64,000 bases of DNA, taken from positions 99,822,001 through 99,886,000 of the forward strand of contig NC_086107.1 in the NCBI RefSeq assembly GCF_963921235.1, in the 5' to 3' direction. Shown piece by piece: positions 1 through 12,170 of the stretch. The position numbers and the translations under genes were made by a program. This DNA comes from Mobula hypostoma. Its lineage: Eukaryota. The notes under the pieces are model-generated. The model was not told the DNA's origin and made no database searches. It saw nothing but the letters and a program-made list of their open reading frames with translations. Within the stretch, counting starts at the first letter, position 1, and each line of letters opens with the position of its first letter.

Positions 1-289
1 CAGTACCAGGCTGTCCTCACACTTGCAAAGAGTATCTGGCTCTCTCTCCCCACAGATCTTGCTTTCAGACGTCAAGCACAGGCTGCCTCGAGAAAAAGCG
101 TGCTAGGACTGCAGTTCCACTGTATTACAATTCTGCAAGAATATGTCACTGGATGCAAGATGATCTGAGACATTGTAAAACTCTGAAAACTGCAACAGAA
201 ACCCCAATTAACATCAGCCAAAGCTCGGCAGGCAGCATTGCCAACCATCTTCGTACCGTTAAGTTTAGGATCTATCCCAGGGACTGAGG

Positions 290-1150
290 CACACAATTCA
301 AAGTTCAAGGTAAATTTATTATTCAAGTACATATGTCACCATATGCAACCCTGAGATTCATTTTCTTGCAGGCATACTCAATAAATCCATAAAATGATAC
401 CCATAATAGAATCAATGAAAGACCACACCAACTTTGGCATTCTACCAGACTGCAAAAGACAACAAACTGTGCCAATGCGAAAGTAATAATAATAATAAGA
501 AGAAGAAGAAGAAGAAGCAATAAATATCAAGAACATGAGATAAAGAGTTCTTGAAAGTGAGTCTATAGGTTGTGAGAACAGTTCAGTGATGAGGCAAGTG
601 AAGTTGAGTGCTTATCCTCTTTAAGAGACTGACGGTTGAGAGGTCATAACAGTTCCTGAACCTGGTGGTGAGTCCTGAGGCTCCTGTACCTTCTTCCTGA
701 TGGCAGCAAAGAGAGAGCATAGCCTGGGTAGTGGAGTCCCTGTTGATGGATGCTGCTTTCCTGCGACAACACTCCATGTAGATGTCCACAATGGTGGAGA
801 GGGTTTTTACCTGTGATGGACTGGGCCGTATCCACTACTTTTTGTAGGATTTTCCTTTTAAGAGCATTAGCTGTGATGAAAACAGTCAATATACTCTCCA
901 CCATACATCTACAGAAGTTTATCAAAGTTTTAGGTGTCATGCCAAATCTTTGCAAATTCCAAACATAGTAGAGGCGCAGCATGCTTTCTTCATAATTGCA
1001 CTTACATGCTGGACGCAGGACAGGTCCTGTAAAATAATGACAGAGGAATTATAGGACACCGACCCCCTCCACCTCTGATACTCCAATGAGGACCGGTTCA
1101 TGGACCTCCAGTTCCCTCCTCCTGAAGTCCATAATCATCTCCTTGGTCTT
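290..1150 (-). mobile_element. Rex/Babar-type LINE, 3' part (RT C-terminus plus 3' UTR), degenerate
   Basis: ORF 644-982 reads RFGMTPKTLINFCRCMVESILT...LQKVVDTAQSITG...LLPSGRRYRSLRT, typical of the Rex1/Babar ORF C-terminus. The same family recurs many times in the window. Confidence 0.7.
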
Positions 1151-1989
1151 GGTCAAACTGACCCATCAGTAAATTAATGAGGAAGTGAGAGAGCCACATG
1201 TTAAACCAACAATCACCTTCCTTTCCAAGTGAATTCAAGATACACCGGGTCGAAGAACAAATGAGTTCAGACAAAGTCCTGGTTCCTCAGGCAACACCTT
1301 GCGCCAGATTATTTGGTGATTATATAATTGCTGTTTGAGATCTTGCTGTGCAAAAACTGGCCTCTACATTTTCTTCGTTAAGATGCAATACAAATGGAAA
1401 TGTGTAAGTGTGATATGAGAAGCAGGGGGAAGAAGAAGATTTCATGAAAATGTAATCTATCTGTGTGCCTGCAGCCCAAGAAAGGAAACCTCTGGATCTA
1501 ATCCTGGGCAACAAAGCAGGAAACTTAATGGAAACAACGATATTATCTGACATAAAGTGGAAAAGGAAATGGAAGCACAAATACACTCGACTGGGAGGGG
1601 GATCTGGCCAGACACTGGAATCAAAATATATTGTGCTTCAAGTATTAAACAGTGGAAGCTCAGCTGTTCTGAGGGGCAGAATAACCTCCTGCAGGGGGCT
1701 GAGGTAGATAAGATAAAATTAGTTTTATATGTCCCAGGTACATTAAAACATACAGTGAAATGCGTTGTTTGTGTCAAATCGAATCAGTAAGGATTGTCCT
1801 GGGCAGCCGCTTTGGGCGCCAAATAGCGTGCCAAGTACGTAGCATAGGGAGCTGCATCGATGTTTCCAGCGCTTTAGCTCTGGAATGACTGAAGATAGAG
1901 AATAAAATGATAAGAAAAAGGTTGATGGTAATTTGTTCCACGATAGTGCAGAAAGCCCCGAGGTTATCAGGCAGGGAAGTCAGATAGAT

Positions 1990-2770
1990 CAGGGGTCCCC
2001 AACCTTTTTTGCACTGTGGACCGGTTTAATATTGACAATATTCTTGTGGACCGGCCAACCGGGGGGGGGGTTGTTCAAGTAGGGTTAAACTCACCTCAAC
2101 ATGTCTTTCACAGTTCGGGTTGCCAATTTTCTCACTCCCAAATAAGGGACAAAAGTAGCCGTCAAATCCCGGGACACTTTACCCCCGGAAAGACTACCAT
2201 GACCATGAAGCCTTGTGCGGGCACCCGTGTGCGCATGTGTGGCATGTGCTTTTGATGTGCACATGCGCGTACGTGCTGACTTTTCCCCCCACAAATCGAT
2301 TTTGCCTTCATCTTCCCGACTATACTGTACATACATTATTTCTACTTCATATAGGCTGTGTATTTATCATATCATTCCTGCTTTTACTATGTTAGTGTTA
2401 TTTATTTTCAGTTTTATGTGTTATTTGATATGATTTCTTAGGTTATTTTTTCGGTCTGGGAACGCTCAAAAAATTTTCCCATATAAATTAATGGTAATTG
2501 CTTCTTCGCTTCACGCCATTCTGGCTTACCAACGGTTTCATAGGAACGCTCTACCTCAGTGGGGGAAAATACAGGACAAGGGCGGTCCCGTATTGGACAA
2601 ACCAATTTAGCCCAATATACAGGATGTCCCGGCTAATACGGGACAGTTGGCAACCCTATGTTCAAGTTCAACAGTGCGTGACAGGGAAAGAGGAAAGGTG
2701 CAGCTGACTCATATCATTTCCTCACGGCCCAGTAGCACACGCTTTGTGGCCCGGTGGTTGGGGACCATTG
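1990..2770. mobile_element. hAT-type non-autonomous DNA transposon (MITE) containing a nested element
   Basis: TIRs CAGGGGTCCCCAACC and GGTTGGGGACCATTG. Perfect 8-bp TSD AGATAGAT at 1982-1989 and 2771-2778. Confidence 0.85.
2080..2658. mobile_element. Nested hAT-like element (TAGGGTT...AACCCTA termini)
   Basis: 8-bp TSD TGTTCAAG at 2072-2079 and 2659-2666. Termini TAGGGTT and GGCAACCCTA. Confidence 0.75.
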
Positions 2771-4901
2771 AGATAGATCATGATTCAGTTGAATGGCAGA
2801 GTAGGCTGGATGGGTTGTACAATTAGCTACTGCAGCTAGATGTTAAGTATTTAAAAATGTGTATGTGTGCACCCAAGAATGAGATCAATGCTGTAAATGG
2901 TCGGTCTAACAATTTATGTCCTGAGGGGAAGGTGCATTTCGACGGCACCGCTGTCGCACAGAGGGGGAGATGCGTTTTGGACAGTACTTTGTGGTGGTAT
3001 TCTGAGTGGCAGAGCTCTAGCAAATCCCCACCGTCTGTCTGTGCTCTTGCAGCAATGAACCACGCACACAGCTCTGAGAAGAGGCTGCCCGTGAGGGTGG
3101 AGGTCAGGGGTGCACGTGGACAATCAGTGCAGGCCGTTGCAGGGGACCAACAGCACTTGCTCCACAGGTGGATAGGTTACCCGGAGCCTACAGCCTTTCC
3201 GTCAGACACGGCGGAAGCCAGGTGCTCCCTGCTCTGTTTGGCCGCACACCTCTCCTCACCCCAAACGGGCAGCACAGCAACTGCCTCACCGCTCCAGCCG
3301 CTTGGATTCAGTCCCAACCTCCGGTTCTGTCTGTGGTGAGTTCGCATGCTTCTCCAGCTTCCAGCTTCCCAGCTCCCCAGCTCCAGGGATGGGGTTCCTC
3401 TTGTCTGAGGAGTAGATTGAAGAGGTGGTGGGAGGGGAGAGAGAACCACAAGGTGGTAGGTGAAACCTGAACAGGGAGGGATGAAGTAAAGAGCCAGGAA
3501 GTTGACTGGTGGAAGAGATACAAGGATGGAGAAGGGGGAAGTCTGGTAGAAGTGGACAGAAGACCATGGAAGAAAGAAAAGGAGGAGGAGCACCAGAGGG
3601 AGGTGATGGGCAGGCAAGCATTATACTGTTCACTTTATAACTTGCATAGTACATACACATCACCTGTTACTTTATTTGAGGCATTATTACTTTATGTGTG
3701 AATGATATGCACTGTGTTGTACACCTCGGCCTGAAGGAACGTTGTTTCATTTGGTGGTATACGTGTAAATGGTTGAATGACAATAAACTGATCTTGAACT
3801 TGAGTCTGAAGAGGATTTAACACAGTAGAGATACCTTGCTCCAACTTTATGGGGTACTCCAGCGATCACATCTGGAACATCCTGACCCAGCTTACAAACA
3901 CCCATCTATTGTACAGCTTATACTGATAAACAATCAGACAGCAGCTGCTACAGGAAACCACGTGGGAACTCTCCACTCATGGCAGCACTTCCGATTTGTG
4001 AACCGGTTAGGTTATGAGCAGTTCAAATGAACAAAATCCTGCAGAAACCTGGAGAGGGCCTGTATACTCCTATACTGCACAGGAGTACAATAACCCTCAG
4101 GATCAATTCTTACAATGACCATAAGACACAGGAGTAACAGGTTTGTTATACAATGAGAATGAACCTACAGATACTAAACCCTTAAGGCCTGACAGGGGAT
4201 AGAGTTTCTGCCAGCTGAGCTGTCTAGAACCAGACTCTAAACCAGAGGTTAGCCTTTCAGGACTGGGATGAGAGGAAATTTCTTCCCCAGCATCTAGCAA
4301 TCTTCTGAAATCTCTGCCCAAGAAAACTCAGTGATCGTACATTCAATTCAGACTTTGTTTTACAAAGAGATTATTGGAATTAGGATATCACCAACACCCT
4401 ATATAACAGTAGCATAACCTCCTGATTGACAAACAGTTTGCTGGAAGAAGTCAGTGAGTCCAGCAGTATCTGAGGGAGGAAAGGAATTGTCAATGATTTG
4501 GGTCTAAATCCTGCAGAAGGAATTAAATTCCTTTCTGCCCATTCAATGCCCCCAACAGATTGTTCATTGCTCCAAATTCCAGTATCCACAGTCTCCTGTG
4601 TCTGCATAACCTCTCTGGTTTTGCACTGAATCACACCATAAGATATGGGAGCAGTTTTGGGTTTCCTATCTATTGAGTCTGTTCCACCATTTGGTCATGT
4701 TTGCTTATTTTAAAAGTCCATTCTCTCACCTTAACCCCCTTACCAATCATAAACCTATCCAATTTCTACCTTAAGTGCACCCAACAATTTTGCCTACAAA
4801 GCTTCTCCACCCTCTGGCTAAAGAAATTCATCCTCATTCAGTTTTATCCAGTTGCCTCTCTCCAAGTCCATTCTACTTAACCAGTATTCAATTAAATCCC
4901 C

Positions 4902-6016
4902 ATAATACACATAAAAGTTGCTGGTGAACGCAGCAGGCCAGACAGCATCTGTAGGAAGAGGTACAGTCGACGTTTCAGGCCGAAACCCTTCGTCACTGAA
5001 GGAAGAGTTAGTAAGAGATTTGAAAGTGGGAGGGGGAGGGGGAGATCCAAAATGATAGGAGAAGACAGGAGGGGGAGGGATGGAGCCAAGAGCTGGACAG
5101 GTGATAGACAAAGGGGATATGAGAGGATCATGGGACAGGAGGTCCAGGAAGAAAGACAAGGGGGGGGGGGAACCAGAGGATGGGCAAGGGGTATAGTGAG
5201 AGGGACAGAGGAAGGAAAAGGAGAGAGAGAAAAAGAATGTGTGTATATATATATAAATAAATAAATAACGGACGGGGTACAAGGGGGAGGTGGGGCATTA
5301 ACGGAAGTTAGAGAAGTCAACATTCATGCCATCAGGTTGGCGGCTACCTAGACGGAATATAAGGTGTTGTTCCTCCAACCTGAGTGTGGCTTCATCTTTA
5401 CAGCAGAGGAGGCCGTGGATAGATATCAGAATGGGAATGGGATATGGAATTAAAATGTGTGGCCACTGGGAGATCCTGCTTTCTCTGGCGGACAGAGCGT
5501 CAGTGTTCAGCGAAACGATCTCCCAGTCTGCGTCAGGTCGCGCCAATATATAGAAGGCCGCATCGGGAGCACTGGATGCAGTATATCACCCCAGCTGACT
5601 CACAGGTGAAGTGTCGCCTCACCTGGAAGGACTGTCTGGGGCCCTGAATGGTGGTGAGGGAGGAAGTGTAAGGGCATGTGTAGCACTTGTTCCGCTTACA
5701 AGGGTAAGTGCCAGGAGGGAGGTGGATGGGGAGGGATGGGGGGGAGGGATGGGGGGGAGGGATGGGGGGGAGGGATGGGGGGGAGGGATGGGGGGGAGGG
5801 ATGGGGGGGGATGGGGGGGGAGGGATGGGGGGGGATGGGGGGGAGGGATGGGGGGGGATGGGGGGGGAGGGATGGGGGGGGATGGGGGGGAGGGATGGGG
5901 GGGATGGGGGGGGAGGGATGGGGGGGATGGGGGGGGAGGGATGGGGGGGATGACCAATGCAACTTTTATGTGTGTTGCTTGAAATTCCAGCATCTGCAAA
6001 TTTCCTCGTGTTTGCG
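4902..6016 (-). mobile_element. Penelope-like retroelement fragment (GIY-YIG endonuclease end plus terminal region) with internal inversion
   Basis: Translations 5533-5720 (GTYPCKRNKCYTC...FTCESAGVIYCIQCSRCGLLYIGAT) and 5298-5400 (LEEQHLIFRLGSRQPDGMNVDF) match PLE GIY-YIG. 15-bp TSD TTCAATTAAATCCCC at 4887-4901 and 6017-6031. Confidence 0.85.
5715..5951 (+). repeat. G-rich imperfect tandem repeat (GGGAGGGATGGGG...)n, G-quadruplex-prone
   Basis: About 240 bp of G-runs separated by A or AT. It explains the Pro-rich and Gly-rich spurious ORFs. Confidence 0.9.
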
Positions 6017-6400
6017 TTCAATTAAATCCCCTTCATTTTTCTGAACTTCGTCGAGTACAGGCCCAGAGACTAAAAGCTAAAAGAAGTGTTAATACTCCGT
6101 TAATTTTCTTTCCCTCGTTACTCGCTGTGCCATAGACTTGCTTCCAGCTTATATTTTTATGCTTAGATCCCAGGACATCGCTAGCCAGTGTTAACCTGCC
6201 CCGGGGCATCTCCTACCAAAAGACCGGGTGGTCAGTGACCACACTGGGGCTCGGAATCTCATTCTCGCCCACAATCTCTCCCAGATCCCGGCGATGGAGC
6301 CAGGCAGTCTAGGCCGAGGTTCCCTGGACTCGCAGCCAGGCAACCGGCCGCTCGCCGACCTTGACCCGACCCCCGTGCAAACTGCACCGCCGCTCCTTAC

Positions 6401-6533
6401 CGGTGTTGGGCACCTCTCGGTACCATGCCCGGTACAACTCCCGCACCCGCCGCTTGGCTTCGCTCTGGTCCCGGGACAGGAACGGCTTCACCACCTTCCC
6501 CGAAGCCGCAACGGCGCGCCCGGCCGCCGCCAT
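6401..6533 (-). CDS. NDUFA6: NADH dehydrogenase 1 alpha subcomplex subunit 6 (LYR family), first coding exon
   Basis: [44 protein letters not shown] matches the NDUFA6 N-terminus ([29 protein letters not shown]). ATG at 6533-6531, phase-1 donor G|GTAAGG at 6401/6400. Downstream exons not found in the window. Confidence 0.95.
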
Positions 6534-6780
6534 TATTTCCACTCAATCGCAACGCCCGCCTCCGGAGGGAGGCCACTGGAAGGTTATTGGTGCGTACCTT
6601 ATGACAATGAGGGGATAACTCCGTGACGTTTTCCCATCTTTGTACTGATTGGTGAACATTAACATCAATCAGTCATCATCTGCACCCTTCTTTGCACTAA
6701 TTGGTGAATATTTGACCTCCGCTGCAGAAATTGTCATTTCCCCTTCATTTATTGGTTAATATTTACATCAATCACAAGCG
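6534..6780 (-). promoter_or_regulatory. NDUFA6 promoter with four CCAAT boxes, a GC box and a CRE half-site
   Basis: ATTGG at 6586-6590, 6648-6652, 6700-6704 and 6751-6755. CGCCCGCC near 6553-6560, TGACG at 6624-6628. CpG-rich around exon 1. Confidence 0.6.
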
Positions 6781-6829
6781 CCGGAGTTAACTGGGTCATT
6801 ATTCAGAGGTGCAGTGCAGGCGGGTGAAG

Positions 6830-7345
6830 CAATAAAAATAGACTAAACTACATGGATGAATAAATATGTACATATAATTTATTGAAGAAAAGATATATTT
6901 AAGAATACAGAAAATATAGTAATGACGTTAGCCGTAGAGCATATGAAAATATGGGAACTGTAATCAAGAGGAAAATTCACATTGCGAGAAGGCAGGTTGA
7001 GAAGGATATTGCTGATAATGCTAAGATTGACCCCAAGAGAGTCTTTTCAATACTTTAGTAGTAAAAGAAAAGTCAGGAAGGAGGTTAAGTGCATTAAGAA
7101 TAATAGTGGCATGTTACATTATGCAGAGAAGGACATAATGGACACTCCTAGCTCATATTTTGCTGAAGTATTCACCTGTGAATATGTTAGCAATATGCTA
7201 GGAAGTGTAGAGAAAAATTAGGTTGCTTTAAGTGACTTAGAGATCTTAGAAAGTGAGGTCCTGCTTCAGGTGAAAAGGCTGAAAGTTAATAAGTCTCCAG
7301 GGCCAGACAACATATATCTAAGGGTACTTAAAGATGCCCGTGATT
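6830..7345 (+). mobile_element. CR1 LINE ORF2 fragment, degenerate
   Basis: FQYFSSKRKVRKEV...YFAEVFT...LKVNKSPGPDNIYLRVLKD is the CR1 pre-RT region. Confidence 0.75.
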
Positions 7346-7346
7346 A

Positions 7347-7935
7347 CAGTGCCTATAAAGAGTATTCACCCCCTCCCGCGCCCCCCTCGGAAGTTTTCAT
7401 GTTTTATTGTTTGACAATTTTGAACCACAGTGGATTTAATTTGGTATTTTTGACACTGATCAATGGAAAAAGACTCTTTTGTGTCAACGTGAAAACAGAT
7501 CTCTACAAAGTGATCTGAATTCATCACAAATATAAAACACAAAATAATTGATTACATAAGTATTCACCCTCTTCAAGTCACTACTTGGTAGATGTACCTT
7601 TGGCAGCAATTACAGCCTTAAGTCTGTGTGGATAGGTCTCTATCAGCTTTGCACATCTGGACACTGCAATTTTTCCCCATTCTTCTTTACAAAGCTGCTC
7701 AAACTCTGTGAAATTGCATGGGGACCATGAGTGATCTGCTCTTTTCAAGTCCAGCCACAAATTCTCAATTAGCTTCAGGTCTGGACTCTGACTTGGCCTC
7801 TCCAGGACATTAACTTAGTTGTTTTTAAGCCATTCCTGTGTAGCTTTGGCTTTATGCTTGGGGTCATTGTCTTGCTGGAAAACAAATCTTCCAAGTTGCA
7901 GTCCTCTTGCAGAATGCATCGGGTTTTCCTCCAGG
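7347..7935 (-). mobile_element. Tc1/mariner DNA transposon, one end plus transposase C-terminal remnant
   Basis: TA|CAGTGCC terminus at 7345-7353. The minus strand encodes [20 protein letters not shown]...PSQSPDL..IENLW. Confidence 0.85.
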
Positions 7936-9854
7936 GCTCAAATCTCAGAGACTCCTCCTACAAGTCTCTTCAACTGTTTAAAATGATCTTGAAAAGATTT
8001 CTTTTTGATAAAGAAATGCTGACTTTGAGTCAGTTGAAATGTTCTGTCTGTTGCCTTGATTGCCACATGCCTTGGGACAGTCAGGATTACCAGCAACACA
8101 GCCGACTCTGTACAAAGGTCTGTGGGTGCTGTGATCAGAGAGGAACTCCCAGTCTGATCACCCACTTCCCACTCCAGCTTCTCCCCCCCCACACACACAC
8201 ACAACATATCCAGAACATGAGAGAGCAGAGCAGGTATGGAACCCATATCCCACCTGCCCAGAGATCAGGCTCACTCACCTCCCCCTCCCACAGGACTGGG
8301 CCTCACCCACACTGACATTAATTTGCAGATGATGTGCTGCCTGTCCTGGACACTCACAATTGGTTCCTCAACACTAATTCTCCCCAAGTTACAAAGTTAT
8401 TGAAACTGCACCCCAATCTGGACCATCAAAGTAATTGGCGACAAACTGAAGTACTCTCCAAACCTTCCGCCAGCCCAAATATCCAGGCGGTACAGTGGCG
8501 TAGGGGCTAGCGTAACACTTTACAGTGCTAGCTTTGGGACGTCTGTGACGTCTCTCCGTGACCATATGGGTTTCCTCTGGGTGCTCCGCTCTCCTTCCAT
8601 ATTCCAAAGAAGCACGGGTTGGGAAGTTGAGGGCATGCTGTGTTGGCAAGATGAGACTTGTGGACTGCCCCCAGCTCATCCTCTTACTGTGTTGGTCACT
8701 GACATCAACAACATATGTGGTTGGTATGTCTGTCTCGAAGGACAATGGGTGCTGACCATCATCGACACAAGCCTGGGCGGAAGGTATGGAGATCCTGAGA
8801 TGCCCAGTCGTCAAGATCCCCCTCTCGGCCTCACCACTGTAGTCCAAAGGAAAGCTTATGAAGCAATTCATTTGGCACCAGCTTGGCGCAGGAGCTGCTG
8901 GACGGGTGTTCGGGGCTCCACTCCGGTTTATGCCCGTAGCCTTCATCTCTCCGAGGCTGCCTTCAAGGCGGAGGGGCCAATTACCCATAGCTGGGGATCT
9001 GGTTCATGAGCACCAGGGCGTGTCCACACACCGGTGGACCTGCATGCTACATGTGCAGGGCCAGATCTCCTCCCCGTCCTCTGTAGTTCAGCCTGAGTCT
9101 GAAAGGAGTTCAGTTTCCGTGTGTCACTATTTGTACATGTGACAAGTAAAGCTATCTTTTCTCTTCTAAGAGATCTTAAAGCCAGGCTCCTGATTTCTGA
9201 TCTGCACCCAGTGAGCTGGTCAACTGGACACATCCCGTGCCCCAGTGCCCTCGTGCCCTCAGAGTCAAAGTCAAAGTCAAGTTTACCGTCATCTGCATAA
9301 ATCCTTGTGTGCACAGGTGCAATGGAAAGCTGACTTGCAGCAGCATCACAGACACATGGCATCAGAGACACCACATTCGCAAGAAAAGCTTAAATTAAAT
9401 ACAAACCTACCCTACATAAAGTGATCCTGATCGAAGACAGGAGCACAAAGACATTACGGAGCCAGATTTCCTCTGGCTTTTTAGAGGATGCAAGACTGCA
9501 GATTTGTATAGAAAAATATGACACAGTACAGGCCCTTCAGCCCAGATATTGTGCCTTCCTTTTAACTTATTCAAGATCAATGTAAGCATTCTCTCCCACA
9601 TTGCCCTTGGAATTGGAAATTCATTCCACATCCCTCCCCCGGTACTTAAAATATTCATAAGCAGCTAGCCAGCAACTTTACAAATATGGTTGTTCAGTAT
9701 TAAAAATATCAAGGCCATCATCTGCTGTCAAATTTATTGGATAAACTAATGGCGACATCTTGCAGACAGCTTACAAAACTACTAGATACTCTCCTCTAAA
9801 TATACTTGTTCTGAAATGCGATTGAATGCAGTCTATAATTTCCCTTTTAAGAAT

Positions 9855-10325
9855 ATTCACGAGGATGATTCCAGGAATGAAGGGGTTAACATATGAGGAG
9901 TGTTTGGCAGCTTTGGGCCTGTACTCACTGGAATTTAGAAGAATGCGGTTGTGGGGGGGGATCTCATTGAAACCTACCGAACATTGGAAGGACTAGATAG
10001 GGTGGATGTGGAGAGGACGTTTCCTGTGGTGGGGTTATCCAGAACCAGAGGGCTCAGCCTCAGAATTGTGGGGTGACCCTTTAGAACAGAGGTGAGGAAA
10101 TTTTTTAGCCAGAGAAATAGTAAACCTGTGGAATGCTCTGCCGCAGATTGCGGGTATATTGAGGGTAGAAGTTGATCATTTCCTGATCAGTCAGGGCATC
10201 AAAGGGTATGGCGAGAAGGCAGGTGTATGAGGTTGAGTCGGATCCAGGGTCATCCATGATGGAATGGTGGAGCAGATTCAATGGGCTGAATGGCCTAATT
10301 CTGCTCCTATGCCTTACGGTCTTAA
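9855..10325 (+). mobile_element. CR1 LINE 3' fragment
   Basis: FTRMIPGMKGLTYEE..LGLYSLEFRR-like translation and a CR1-type 3' UTR ending CTGCTCCTATGCCTTA. Confidence 0.8.
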
Positions 10326-11434
10326 AATATTTTTGGGCCGATTGAACAATCTGGCACTGCTGCGATCTCCCGGGGGATGAGGCATGGTCGAGATTCTCTA
10401 TCGATCCCTAACGGCGGAACATGAACCTACGGTCGGCTGCATTGCTCCGAGCCAATTAAAGTATCAGGCAAGATTGAAATTGTTGAGGACGAGCGGTAAA
10501 CAAACACCGTTCAGCACCGTCTGCCTGGGTTTGACCGGTCTCTCTTGCTTCTACCGGCAGGCAGAAGATGCAGAAATCTTGGGTCCCAAGCCGTCAAGTT
10601 CAGAAACAGCTGATGCCTGTGGAATTCTCTGCCCAATGAAGCAATGGAGGCTGCCTCAGTAAATATATTTAAGACAAGGTTGGATAGATTTTTGCATAGT
10701 AGGGGAATTAAGGGTTATGGGGAAGAGGCAGGTAGATGGTCAGATCAGCCATGATCTTATTGAAGGAGGCTCAACGGGCCAGATGGCCGACTCCTGCTCC
10801 TATTTCTCATGTTCTTATGCAACCATTGGGCTTCAGGACTGGCTCACCTCAGCACAGAACGCACTCCGCGATTGTGGACTCACTCTGGGGTCTCTGCAGT
10901 TCATGTTCCTTGTGCTTTTTGTTAACTATTTCTTCCTTCACCATTTGCGTGAGTTGGTCTGAACTGACCGTGCAGTTGTGGCCTGTGGCCATCGGCACAG
11001 TGCTGAGGACTCACTTTTGGAAACTCTACGGTCAATGCCACTTGTTGACTTGTTATTGCTCGCGCGATGTGTTCAGTTTTTTCCCCACACGCACTGGCTA
11101 TTTGATGCTCTTGTTGTGTGGGGTTTTTTTCTGAATGGGCTCTATCGTGCTTCTTTGTTTCGTGACTGCCTGCAAGAAGACAAATCTCAAGGTTGTACAC
11201 TGTAAGCATACTTTGAACTTCTGTGCAGAGCAGTGCAAAAGCAGTCTAAAAACATGGCCTATAAAAGACAACCAAGTACACTGTACCTGTTACCTCTGGG
11301 CCAGGGATTATGGAGCAGCTTAACTGCGGAACAGCACTTGCCGTTTCAAAGCCCCTTTCACCTCAACAGAACTCTGTCGGAAAAGTGACAATCACTCCAG
11401 GCACAGGAAGATCCCACCCACTGCAACACAGTAG

Positions 11435-11810
11435 ATACTTTATTGTCGCCAAACAATTGATACTAGAACGTACAATCATCGCAGCGATATTTGATTCTGC
11501 GCTTCCCACTCCCTGGATTACAAATACTAAATATTAAAAATAGTAAAAATTAGTAAATATTAAACATTTAAATTATAAATCATAAATAGAAAATAGAAAA
11601 ATGGAAAGTAAGGTAGTACAAAAAAAAAACCGAAAGGCAGGTCTGGATATTTGGAGGGTACGGCCCAGATCCGGGTCAGGATCTGTTCAGCAGTCTTATC
11701 ACAGTTGGAAGGAAGCTGTTCCCAAATCTGCCCGTGCGAATCTTCAAGCTCCTGAGCCTTCTCCCAGAGGGAAGAGGGACGAAAAGTGTGTTGGCTGGGT
11801 GGGTCGTGAC
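11435..11810 (-). mobile_element. Young Rex/Babar LINE 3' end
   Basis: Near-identical to 53965-54310. Encodes the PLPSGRRLRSL...FGNSF terminus. Confidence 0.8.
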
Positions 11811-12170
11811 CAGATAACCTGTTGTTACTGGTGCCAGTTGAGAGTTGAGTTGTCAGATTGAGAAGCAGTGAGAGCACAAATCCCCAAACACATACACACA
11901 CACACACACCCCCTACCCTCCCACCCAACTTACAAACTCTGTCGCTGGACTGTCAACTCTGTCTGAGAAAGCAGATGATGTGCCCCTTTGTATGAACATA
12001 CCAGCCCCTTGGTATGAACATTGAATTCTCCAACTTCTGGTAATTCCCTCCCCCTCCCTTGCCCTATCTCTATTTCACTCTGCCCCCTCCCCCAGCTGCC
12101 TATCACCTCCCTCATGGTTCCACCTCCTTCTGCTACCCATTGTGTTTTCCCCTATTCCTTCTTCACCTTT

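Noticed and set aside
5533..6044. Pro-rich and Gly-rich ORFs in several frames
   Set aside because: They are translation artefacts of the G-rich tandem repeat.
1..6400. NDUFA6 exons 2-3
   Set aside because: I searched by eye for LDITV..GR.KVRE.F and similar motifs and found none. They probably lie beyond the window start.
8389..9142. Overlapping ORFs of 154-199 aa
   Set aside because: They overlap a V-SINE and another probable repeat. No coherent protein signal.
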